Source of the DNA: a virus
Reading direction: 5' to 3' (one strand)
DNA: 64,000 bases
Virus record (IMG/VR): IMGVR_UViG_3300045988_108221
Span: 4,654 to 68,653 of that record
The position numbers and the translations under genes are program-made. How positions within the stretch are numbered: position 1 is the first letter of the stretch; every line of letters begins with the position of its first letter. Positions 28,458 through 36,142 of this stretch are shown in pieces. A model generated the notes under the pieces. That model was not told the DNA's origin. It saw only the letters and a program-made list of their open reading frames with translations, and searched no databases.

Positions 28458-28636
28458 TTAATTGTGGTATCTCGCAGGATTTACCGTATTGAGAATATTT
28501 CTCATTTAAGCTGCGGTATATTGTGATGTCTTCTATAGGCGTACACATTCATATGTTTTGTACATAAAAACAAACAAACGCAAAAACACGCAAAAAGTCA
28601 TATATCATAAAATCGTGTATTTTCGCTTGTATGCTC

Positions 28637-28810
28637 GTTTAGGTGTTTTATGTACAATCATAAACGGAACATCTGAAAACTGCCGTATAACTCAAATAAC
28701 GCAACTTTTATTTGAGAACAATTATCAAATACGCTGGCTTTTCTCATTTGTAGTATCTAATTGAGAATACGATGGTAAAACAAAAGGCGGTATACCTTAA
28801 GTATACCGCC
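28637..28810. repeat. non-coding repeat module, copy B
   Basis: Paralog of 24973-25176 (see that entry). Confidence 0.65.
28777..28810 (-). terminator. rho-independent terminator
   Basis: 10-bp stem GGCGGTATAC / GTATACCGCC (28786-28795 / 28801-28810), followed on the minus strand by TTTTGTTTT. Confidence 0.75.
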
Positions 28811-28816
28811 AATGGT

Positions 28817-28918
28817 TTATAGGTCTTCTAGTCCCTCTTCTAAGTCTTTTTTATAATCTTCATCTACGTTATCAAGTAGCGCCTTAATATATTCTTGTTC
28901 AACGATAAAATAAAACAT
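28817..28918 (-). CDS. possible 33-aa acidic peptide
   Basis: MFYFIVEQEYIKALLDNVDEDYKKDLEEGLEDL, with GGAGGA 10 nt upstream and a terminator directly downstream. Confidence 0.35.
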   Translation of the reverse strand: MFYFIVEQEYIKALLDNVDEDYKKDLEEGLEDL

Positions 28919-28987
28919 AAGTTGATCATCCTCCGTTATTATTAAGTGCTTAAAGCGTTGGCGGTACATAAGTACCGCCGTTAGTGT

Positions 28988-29281
28988 TTATCTGAGTGGC
29001 TTTTCATCGTGTAGTATGATTTTGGCAACTCGCCAATTATATTGGCTTAAGTTTACCATGTATTCACTACCGCTTTTTGTACTACCGATTAGGCTTGAAT
29101 GTTTTTCGCCATCAAAATAATCACAAATTGTGGTGGTTTGATAGATACGCTCATTCAATGGATACACTTTAGACCAATTAGATTTACTATATTCAATCTC
29201 AATCAAATAAGGCTTTTTTAATAAATATCTGTGTTCCTCTAGGTAGTCAACTAATTTTGATAAACTAGAAAATTCTTTCAT
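28988..29281 (-). CDS. hypothetical protein (AT-rich cassette)
   Basis: Start moved to ATG 29281 (MKEFSSLSKLVDYLEE..) behind GAAAGGGG; 97 aa. Confidence 0.55.
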   Translation of the reverse strand: MKEFSSLSKLVDYLEEHRYLLKKPYLIEIEYSKSNWSKVYPLNERIYQTTTICDYFDGEKHSSLIGSTKSGSEYMVNLSQYNWRVAKIILHDEKPLR

Positions 29282-29486
29282 GAGTTTTACCCCTTTCAAT
29301 ATAAAATTATAAAAGACCTACGAAAGACATTTATCATCTTTCGTTACACTCATTATACACCTAGAGGGGCAATCTGCATAATAGAAAAAATCTATGGATA
29401 GTCATAACTTTAAGCTATGGCGGATAACCGCACTCCGCAGGATTTATCCATACAATTCTATTGTGTACAACTGAATTTTACGCCGT

Positions 29487-29600
29487 CATATGAATATGTG
29501 CTCATATGTTCATGTATCGTTACATGAATGTCTGTTCATATGAACAACTGTTCAGATGACAACACATGAACGAATGTTCATATGTTCAAACGCTCATATG
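29487..29600. repeat. second CATATG-palindrome array
   Basis: 5 CATATG sites in 114 bp (29487, 29503, 29537, 29579, 29595). GAAC-N4-GTTC cores at 29542-29553 and 29568-29579. Flanks resemble those of the 28260-28457 array (CAATCGAATT..). Confidence 0.7.
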
Positions 29601-29785
29601 ATTGAATACAATCGAATTGCATGAGACTATATCGAAAGTTTTCACGCTTTAATCATCTAAAGTATTCGAACTGATTGAAAAAATTCGATTAGTTGCAGGA
29701 TTTTCGATATACTGCACATCGAAAATTTTCGACCTTTAGTATACTAAAGTTTTCGATTAGATGGAAAATTTTGAATATATTAAAG

Positions 29786-29799
29786 TGAACAAATGTTCG
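29786..29799. promoter_or_regulatory. palindrome TGAACAAATGTTCG (GAAC-N4-GTTC core)
   Basis: Read directly. Confidence 0.5.
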
Positions 29800-29859
29800 C
29801 TGGTTGCAGGCGGTCTCGCAGGTCGTGGCGAGCACATGGGCGGTCAATATGTAATGCCT

Positions 29860-30400
29860 TGAAAAAACACACATATGTATTAATATATGAGCGTATATAT
29901 GTATAAAAATAGGGGTGAGATATATATGTATATATACATATATAAAATACCGTGGACATATACATATAAATATATACAAATGTAAAAATCCGTGGACAAT
30001 ATCATATATATAAACAATAAAAACCACCGCAGAATTGATTTAAATCGTTTATACGGTGTGTTTATATCCACGGTGGTATATTTGTATACCACATATGTGA
30101 AAACCACCGTACAATGCAAATAAATGAATTTCATGAGATGATGTGGTCGTATGAACATATGTTCAATCATGGGTATTGCCACGTGGTATCATGGAAGATT
30201 AAAAACAAACAAATGTTCGGTTGTTTTTCTCTTAGGCAGCATCCGTGGTTCGTCAATAGAATACCCCATGAACACACCATAATACACACCAATAGATAAA
30301 CACATATATCATCGACACATATATACGTTTGTTTAATACCACGATATATATAAATAAAAAAATACCACCGCATAAAACGTGGACACATAACGAACGTATA
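29860..30400. repeat. AT-rich (ATATAC/TATATA) block with short iterons; origin-like
   Basis: CCGTGGACA at 29950 and 29990, ACGTGGACA at 30377. ACCACCGY at 30023, 30103, 30364 and inverted at 30070. TATATA/ATATAC runs between them. Confidence 0.5.
30152..30165. promoter_or_regulatory. second perfect copy of TGAACATATGTTCA
   Basis: Identical to 23719-23732. Confidence 0.6.
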
Positions 30401-30608
30401 ATGTATAAGCAATATATGCTGCGGATGCACGATTGTTTCATGCAGGTGTTCGCCATGATTTTTATGCTGTGGTATTTATAATAGACAACAGGTAGTACAC
30501 GCATAAATGTTAGCTGTATTTAAAATGGTGGTATGATTACCTGTGTGCTGTGTTTGGGATGCATCACACAATGTTGGTGTATACATGCACTCATCTGTTG
30601 TCATTTAT

Positions 30609-30638
30609 AGAATAACACAAGACGGTTTGTGTTGTCAA
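30609..30638 (-). promoter_or_regulatory. sigma70-type promoter firing into the ORF-free island
   Basis: Minus-strand TTGACA (30638-30633), 18-nt spacer, TATTCT. Preceded by an A-tract-rich stretch (30650-30710). Confidence 0.45.
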
Positions 30639-30717
30639 TAACCAATGTGTTTTTCTTGGGTTTTATTTTTTGAAATCTTGTTTTTTATTTTTTGGTTTTT
30701 AATTTTTTGGATTTAGG

Positions 30718-31137
30718 TCATTGGTTTTTGGTTATGCCACATAACTCTTGGATGGGAAATTCATAGTTCTGTAGACATGATACACCAATATTATTCGTTG
30801 ACTCGTTGACAAAAACATAGATTGTATTTTTTACATATATCGTCTTTTCTGTAAATCTAGTGACTACGCCGATATAAACATGTTTATCATTAGACCGTGC
30901 AATAGCTGTATCGCCATCTCTGAGATAGCCGTATTTAGTATTTAGCGTAGTAACAGTCGGTAAATCTTCCACAGATTCATCCACAGACTTCCCATTGAAC
31001 AACATCGTGCCAGTCGGAATGAAATTTGAAACCTGAGATTCAGGCTTTAAAAACAATGACTTTAAATATTCGATGTTCTGTGGTGTCACTTCCAGTTTTA
31101 ATTTTAATGTTCCCATAGAGTCGTTTTTGGTTTTCAT
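30718..31137 (-). CDS. hypothetical protein
   Basis: 139 aa; GGAGA SD; start overlaps the upstream stop. Confidence 0.55.
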   Translation of the reverse strand: MKTKNDSMGTLKLKLEVTPQNIEYLKSLFLKPESQVSNFIPTGTMLFNGKSVDESVEDLPTVTTLNTKYGYLRDGDTAIARSNDKHVYIGVVTRFTEKTIYVKNTIYVFVNESTNNIGVSCLQNYEFPIQELCGITKNQ

Positions 31138-31379
31138 TAATTATCTCCTATTGGTTCATCGGTTTTCACCAAGTAAATTGTAATGGCATTTGCCCTAGAG
31201 AGATTTAACGCAAATGCATCTATTGATTCTTCCCGTTCGTTGTCAAACAGATAACATACTTGACCTACAAAAGTGTCAGATAATAAGCTTGTCTTTAGCT
31301 CTTGCAAAGTCTTTGTTGACTTGTATGTGATTGTTCGTCTGCCACTACTGTAATCGGCATGGATGCGATATATATTCAT
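31137..31379 (-). CDS. hypothetical protein
   Basis: 80-aa ORF in a packed operon. Confidence 0.5.
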   Translation of the reverse strand: MNIYRIHADYSSGRRTITYKSTKTLQELKTSLLSDTFVGQVCYLFDNEREESIDAFALNLSRANAITIYLVKTDEPIGDN

Positions 31380-32123
31380 TTAGACCTCCTGCACGATTTT
31401 AAACCACTCTTTGTAAAAGTTGTCATGGACTGCTGCAATAAATACTTTTTCTTCAAAAGCAGATGTAGTCACACTTTCAACTGTAACTTGTTTTGTTTTT
31501 GTCGGAGGAGTTGTTTCAATATTGGCATACAACACTTCTGCTTCGACTTCAACTTTAGTACCACTTGGTAATAACGCTGATAATTCATCCACAGTAAAGT
31601 CTGTAGTATGATACCATTTGTCTGCTTGTAGAGCAACTCCATGAATTAATTCCAAGTTTTTATCTGTGGCAAACCATCCGCCGTAGCAATCAACACCATC
31701 GTGTTCAACATTACATTCAAAGCCATTGGTTGCATTATCTAGTTGTACGACATAACCCTCTGAGAAGTCAACACCACTCATTGGTAAGCGAACAATAGTG
31801 CCTGTAAAGTCGTTATATTTTACGATTACACGGTCGCCAATATTAAACTTAGACTTTGGTTGCTCCTGTGGTTCATCTGGGTCAACCGTTGGCTGTTCTT
31901 GCGTATAATCAAAAGATTTAATCTGATGTGGATACGTTGGCTGTTCTTGGGTTTCCATCCGTTGTTGCTCCAAAACTTCCACCAGCTTATCTGCATGACG
32001 TTTGATATTCATGGCACAACCAAAGTTTTGTCCTTGAATGGCAAACTTAATGATTGTTCCTTTTAAGAATGAAATAAACTCATCTTTTGTTAGATTTTCT
32101 TCGATAATGTCTAATGTTTTCAT
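31380..32123 (-). CDS. hypothetical protein, DUF3310-like N-terminus (weak)
   Basis: Start moved to ATG 32123 (MKTLDIIEENLTKDEFISFLKGTIIKFAIQ..) behind CAGGAGAA. N-terminus loosely resembles DUF3310. Confidence 0.5.
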   Translation of the reverse strand: MKTLDIIEENLTKDEFISFLKGTIIKFAIQGQNFGCAMNIKRHADKLVEVLEQQRMETQEQPTYPHQIKSFDYTQEQPTVDPDEPQEQPKSKFNIGDRVIVKYNDFTGTIVRLPMSGVDFSEGYVVQLDNATNGFECNVEHDGVDCYGGWFATDKNLELIHGVALQADKWYHTTDFTVDELSALLPSGTKVEVEAEVLYANIETTPPTKTKQVTVESVTTSAFEEKVFIAAVHDNFYKEWFKIVQEV

Positions 32124-32136
32124 ATGTTTTCTCCTG

Positions 32137-32451
32137 TTAGTCAATTTGAGTATATATTATTTTATATCCATCATTAATACATTTCTTAATCTGACATAAC
32201 TGCTCTACTTGGTCATGGAATATTAATGGGTCTCTTGGGTTAGATAATGGACTGCGAGTTAATGTTCCATCTTCGTGAGACTCCAACAAACGTGAAACCA
32301 AAGAGCCATCAATAATGTATTCCTCGTTTGGTTGAAAATTACGGAGATTATCTCTGAAAAACCCTCCGACATTTCTGTTGTAGATGCTAAAGTGTGCCAC
32401 AGGAATGACTCTATTGTTTGCAAACACATAAAACTCGTTGTATATGCCCAT
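32137..32451 (-). CDS. hypothetical protein
   Basis: 104-aa ORF; start overlaps the upstream stop (TAATG). Confidence 0.5.
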   Translation of the reverse strand: MGIYNEFYVFANNRVIPVAHFSIYNRNVGGFFRDNLRNFQPNEEYIIDGSLVSRLLESHEDGTLTRSPLSNPRDPLIFHDQVEQLCQIKKCINDGYKIIYTQID

Positions 32452-32588
32452 TAGTAATCCTCCTGTTTCTCTACCAGTAGATATTCAATGTCTGCAAAAG
32501 CCAATAACTGTAGAAAATACATAGGGTCTTCTTTTGTATATAATTCTTGGGTTTGTTTATTGGCTTGTCTAAAGGTGATTTTATGCAT
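32451..32588 (-). CDS. small hypothetical protein (45 aa)
   Basis: CAGGAGG SD, then MHKITFRQANKQTQELYTKEDPMYFLQLLAFADIEYLLVEKQEDY. Below the ORF-track cutoff. Confidence 0.45.
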   Translation of the reverse strand: MHKITFRQANKQTQELYTKEDPMYFLQLLAFADIEYLLVEKQEDY

Positions 32589-32604
32589 TAGAATACCTCC
32601 TGTG

Positions 32605-32922
32605 TTATAGAAATGCTTGTCGTGTCACGGCAAAAGTCAGTAAAATTGTCACAATAACAGTTATAACAACTAGTTCCATTGGCATATACCGAGTGCCATA
32701 CTCAAAGCCACCAATGACATGAACTGCTTTTTGTCGAATTGCTGCACTCGCCCATTTTTTATCAAACTTTTGACATGAAATCTCCCATCTGGCAGAACAT
32801 AACTCGTCTGTTGTTTTTTCTAACTTGCGTTGTAACTGCTCAATATAACTGTCTTTGGCGACAATCACTTGGTTCTGTTCTTCGATTGTTTTATGTAGTT
32901 GTTGTGTGTCCAAGTTAATCAA
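32605..32922 (-). CDS. hypothetical protein with C-terminal TM segment
   Basis: Coiled-coil N-terminal half, then MELVVITVIVTILLTFAV. Confidence 0.5.
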   Translation of the reverse strand: MINLDTQQLHKTIEEQNQVIVAKDSYIEQLQRKLEKTTDELCSARWEISCQKFDKKWASAAIRQKAVHVIGGFEYGTRYMPMELVVITVIVTILLTFAVTRQAFL

Positions 32923-33259
32923 TCTCCTGTTCTAAATGGGTTTCAAACAATTTTAAGAACTGAAGCTCTGCATCCAAGTCGTCAACTTGCTCGGTATCAT
33001 ACATCACTTGGTCTTCTAAAGTTAAGAACGAGAGTCCATATGCATATCTTGTAAGTTCACCACTATTACGAATAAACATTAAGTTTGTATACGGTCGTTG
33101 CTCACCGAATAAAGACATATTATGAGTATACACAATCATGTGACCTTGTGGCAACGTTACAGAATATACAGAATACATTTGCTTGTGTACATCCCCAATA
33201 TAGCTGTAGATGTTTTCAACTGTTTTGTCGATTTGTTTTAATAATTGTTTGCGTTTCAA
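32915..33259 (-). CDS. hypothetical protein
   Basis: 114-aa ORF. Confidence 0.5.
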   Translation of the reverse strand: MKRKQLLKQIDKTVENIYSYIGDVHKQMYSVYSVTLPQGHMIVYTHNMSLFGEQRPYTNLMFIRNSGELTRYAYGLSFLTLEDQVMYDTEQVDDLDAELQFLKLFETHLEQEID

Positions 33260-33282
33260 TGGTTTTTCCTCCTGCTATTGAA

Positions 33283-33816
33283 TTAAACTTTCAACTTAAA
33301 AATTGTGTTTTTATGCTCAAATGCACGAATTAATTGATATTCATATGTGTTGATAATGGTTTGTCTTGCATTTTGTAATATGTTCCCTAGAGTCTCAAAT
33401 TGCTCTACCGTGTATTCTTGAGTGCCATCAAGAAAATACATATTAGTGAGTAATCCTTGATGCAATAAAACTTTATCTTTTCTAACCTCCAGTCGATAGC
33501 CGTCTCGTAAGTATATTGTATCACATAACTTTAATATCGCCAACAAGTTATCTGAGTCAAACTTAACAGAAACACTTGGTTGTCCATTAGACCAGCTTGG
33601 TTGCACGGTTGTTACAATTAAATCTGGCACATTATCAGACCAGAACTGATTGCGACCTAAAGTAATACCATGGAGTCTCATGGGTAATGTCTTTGGTATG
33701 ATAACATCTGCACCATATTGATTGATACTGCTATAGATGATTTGTTGAGACATATATTCATCGAAAATATCTATCTCAGGCTGTACAGGGTCTAATCTTA
33801 AGTACGTTACTTCCAA
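33283..33816 (-). CDS. hypothetical protein
   Basis: 177 aa; TTG start 8 nt after AGGAGG. Confidence 0.5.
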   Translation of the reverse strand: MEVTYLRLDPVQPEIDIFDEYMSQQIIYSSINQYGADVIIPKTLPMRLHGITLGRNQFWSDNVPDLIVTTVQPSWSNGQPSVSVKFDSDNLLAILKLCDTIYLRDGYRLEVRKDKVLLHQGLLTNMYFLDGTQEYTVEQFETLGNILQNARQTIINTYEYQLIRAFEHKNTIFKLKV

Positions 33817-33818
33817 GG

Positions 33819-34238
33819 TTATTCCTCCTGCCTTTCTTGTGGTTTCTCATGTTTATCAGCAAGCGTTAAGCACTTGTCGCATACGCCCTGTAGCTGTTTC
33901 TTAACCAGTGTCACCGCTTGGTCTAATTCCTTGATTACTTGCTTAACGCACTTCAAGTCTTCTTTTGTTAATCGGTCAGTATCTGCATTTGGCAATAACA
34001 AAATGATGTCTTTGATTGTCTTGATTTGTTTCCACTCGACAACCTGTTGTTGCAATGCTTCAAAAGATAACGTATGTTCACCAACAGCATTTAAAATCTC
34101 TTGATACATTGAGTATCGTAAATGGTTTAAAACCACATTATCTTCTTTGTGAGAATTGATGTTATCTGCCATGCGGTCAATATATAACGTAAGCGGATAA
34201 CCTGCCATAGAATTTACTAAGATGTCTTTATTATTCAT
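33819..34238 (-). CDS. hypothetical protein
   Basis: 139-aa ORF. Confidence 0.5.
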   Translation of the reverse strand: MNNKDILVNSMAGYPLTLYIDRMADNINSHKEDNVVLNHLRYSMYQEILNAVGEHTLSFEALQQQVVEWKQIKTIKDIILLLPNADTDRLTKEDLKCVKQVIKELDQAVTLVKKQLQGVCDKCLTLADKHEKPQERQEE

Positions 34239-34253
34239 TCCAACCTCCGTTTT

Positions 34254-34520
34254 TTATTCGTTATCAATTTCTTGTTGTCTTTGCTCGGCGTATAACCGAC
34301 TGTAATATTTTTGTTTACACGTTGTTGTACAAAACCGTTGATTGTGACTTTTGGGTATAAACCAACGGTCACAACAATCGCATTGTTTCATATGTTTTCT
34401 TCGTTCGGCTTCTCGCTTATAAAACCCAATAAGAAAATCATGTGGTACTGCTGGGTGAGGTCTGCCGTCAAAACAAGATTTCCCCTGTAGAAATTCTGGT
34501 AATTTAGACATAGATTCCAC
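34254..34520 (-). CDS. Cys-rich zinc-ribbon-like protein
   Basis: CDCCDRWFIPKSHNQRFCTTTCKQKYY. Confidence 0.45.
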   Translation of the reverse strand: MESMSKLPEFLQGKSCFDGRPHPAVPHDFLIGFYKREAERRKHMKQCDCCDRWFIPKSHNQRFCTTTCKQKYYSRLYAEQRQQEIDNE

Positions 34521-34526
34521 CTCCGA

Positions 34527-34841
34527 TTATAACTCAAATGTTTTACGTTGAGTCGCTTTAGAACCACGGTTTTGAACCAATGCTGCTTCATAGTTAGAGA
34601 TAAATGCTCGTAGATTAATGTATACATAACCCTTGCCTGTTGCAACAGCATCTTCCATAAGCTGATGAGTCAAGGTGTTAAACATTTTAGACAACATAAC
34701 TGCATCAATTTCAGATACAGGTACGTTAATTGTCATGTTTGACAATTCGTTGTCCAAAATGATAATCTTAGATTGCTTCGCATCGAATGTAAAAGTTTTA
34801 ACGAATGTTGTATTTGTATCTAAAGATAACTTAAATAGCAT
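34527..34841 (-). CDS. hypothetical protein
   Basis: 104-aa ORF. Confidence 0.5.
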   Translation of the reverse strand: MLFKLSLDTNTTFVKTFTFDAKQSKIIILDNELSNMTINVPVSEIDAVMLSKMFNTLTHQLMEDAVATGKGYVYINLRAFISNYEAALVQNRGSKATQRKTFEL

Positions 34842-34843
34842 GA

Positions 34844-35059
34844 TTATTTCTCCTGTTCATTTAATTCATTTCTAATAATGTCACGCACCATTGCACAATA
34901 CCATGCACAGTATGGGTCGTGTAATAATTTGGCTTGTTCTTGCCATAATTCTTGTAATTGTTCTTTGGTCTTCTTTGGCTGTTGTGCCCGTTTTAATAAC
35001 TTGCGACCAGCTTTAATTGACTTGGTTATTCTTTTTAGCTCTTTTTCTGTTGGTTGCAC
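34844..35059 (-). CDS. hypothetical protein
   Basis: 71-aa basic ORF. Confidence 0.45.
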   Translation of the reverse strand: MQPTEKELKRITKSIKAGRKLLKRAQQPKKTKEQLQELWQEQAKLLHDPYCAWYCAMVRDIIRNELNEQEK

Positions 35060-35060
35060 G

Positions 35061-35261
35061 TTAGACCACCACCAAGTTTTCTTCCAAAGCTACACTCAAG
35101 GCAAATGCTGCACTATCGCAATCCCATTTAATGGCGTTACCAATTAATGTTCTTGCCGATTGTTGTTCTTGCGGTGTCAAGCGGATGCCGTCTTGAGTTG
35201 ACTGTTTGATTGTCCGAACTCGTTCATCGCAATTTCTTCTGATTTCATTTCTTGGGTTCAT
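35061..35261 (-). CDS. hypothetical protein
   Basis: 66 aa; first ORF after promoter 35343-35371. Confidence 0.45.
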   Translation of the reverse strand: MNPRNEIRRNCDERVRTIKQSTQDGIRLTPQEQQSARTLIGNAIKWDCDSAAFALSVALEENLVVV

Positions 35262-35342
35262 ATAATGTTTCCTACCTTTCGTTAATAATAAAACCCCAGA
35301 CTGTTTAATGTCTAACAGGTGTTTTCCTTACCTGTTGATTAC

Positions 35343-35371
35343 ATTATATCAGTTGGGGTTTTTCGTGTCAA
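35343..35371 (-). promoter_or_regulatory. consensus sigma70 promoter
   Basis: Minus-strand TTGACA (35371-35366), 17-nt spacer, TATAAT (35348-35343). Confidence 0.7.
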
Positions 35372-35406
35372 CAACTTTTTTACAAAATTTCGACTTTTTT
35401 ATTTTA

Positions 35407-35832
35407 TTATTGTTTTAACGTGTATTTGTTCATTACATCAGCTATAGATACCCATTGATAACCTGCTCCGATGTGTGAATACACTTGAATAAATACCGTG
35501 TCAATATCTTTATCCACACGCATGTCGCAACCAATCAAACGAGCGTTCTTATCTCGGTCAAACACATGCTTGTTCATGTATTGTACTGCGGCTAACACTT
35601 GTTTGTCGATGTCCAGGTATTTCCTCTTGGCATCTTCCATGGCTGTAAACAGTTGTTTTACATCATAGTGACCAATATATGTATACTCATCTGTAATGGC
35701 ATAGATTGAGTCAAAAGAGCCATCGTCATACATTACATAAAGTTCTCCATCCGTATCTATACGAAAGATAATGATTGTATATCCACAATCATCAATATAC
35801 ATATCTCCGACTGTTGGCGTATGTTTATCCAT
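35407..35832 (-). CDS. hypothetical protein
   Basis: 141-aa ORF. Confidence 0.5.
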   Translation of the reverse strand: MDKHTPTVGDMYIDDCGYTIIIFRIDTDGELYVMYDDGSFDSIYAITDEYTYIGHYDVKQLFTAMEDAKRKYLDIDKQVLAAVQYMNKHVFDRDKNARLIGCDMRVDKDIDTVFIQVYSHIGAGYQWVSIADVMNKYTLKQ

Positions 35833-36142
35833 TAGCGTTGACCTCCTGTTGTAATGTACAATAAAATTGTTCCAAGAACTGGTCTATTTGATTGATTTCA
35901 CATATGGTATAAACATTATATTCGTGGTCGATAATACCATCTGGGTGGTCTTCCCAAGAACATTCATATACAACTCGACCATCTTTCAATCGTATAACAA
36001 ATGCTGCGTACATAATTGTAAGTGTTGCGTATTCATCATATGCGATTTCTTTGTTGATAACGATTGAGAATTGTTTATCGGTATAATCATATGTAAAACC
36101 ATTGGCTGACACAAGATTAAACATATTTTTGATGTCAAACAT
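35825..36142 (-). CDS. hypothetical protein
   Basis: 105-aa ORF with overlapping junctions. Confidence 0.5.
   Translation of the reverse strand: MFDIKNMFNLVSANGFTYDYTDKQFSIVINKEIAYDEYATLTIMYAAFVIRLKDGRVVYECSWEDHPDGIIDHEYNVYTICEINQIDQFLEQFYCTLQQEVNANG

Noticed and set aside
29689-30504. Five overlapping ORFs of 61-112 aa on the minus strand, plus one on the plus strand (30114..30299)
   Set aside because: Their products are His/Tyr/Ile/Cys-rich strings produced by translating TATATA/ATATAC low-complexity DNA. They overlap each other in different frames and lack SD sequences, so I treat the region as non-coding.
22423-30717. CRISPR array or mini-array
   Set aside because: The repeats are short (7-23 bp), of several unrelated families, in both orientations and irregularly spaced. 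There is no 25-40 bp direct repeat with uniform spacers, and no cas genes.
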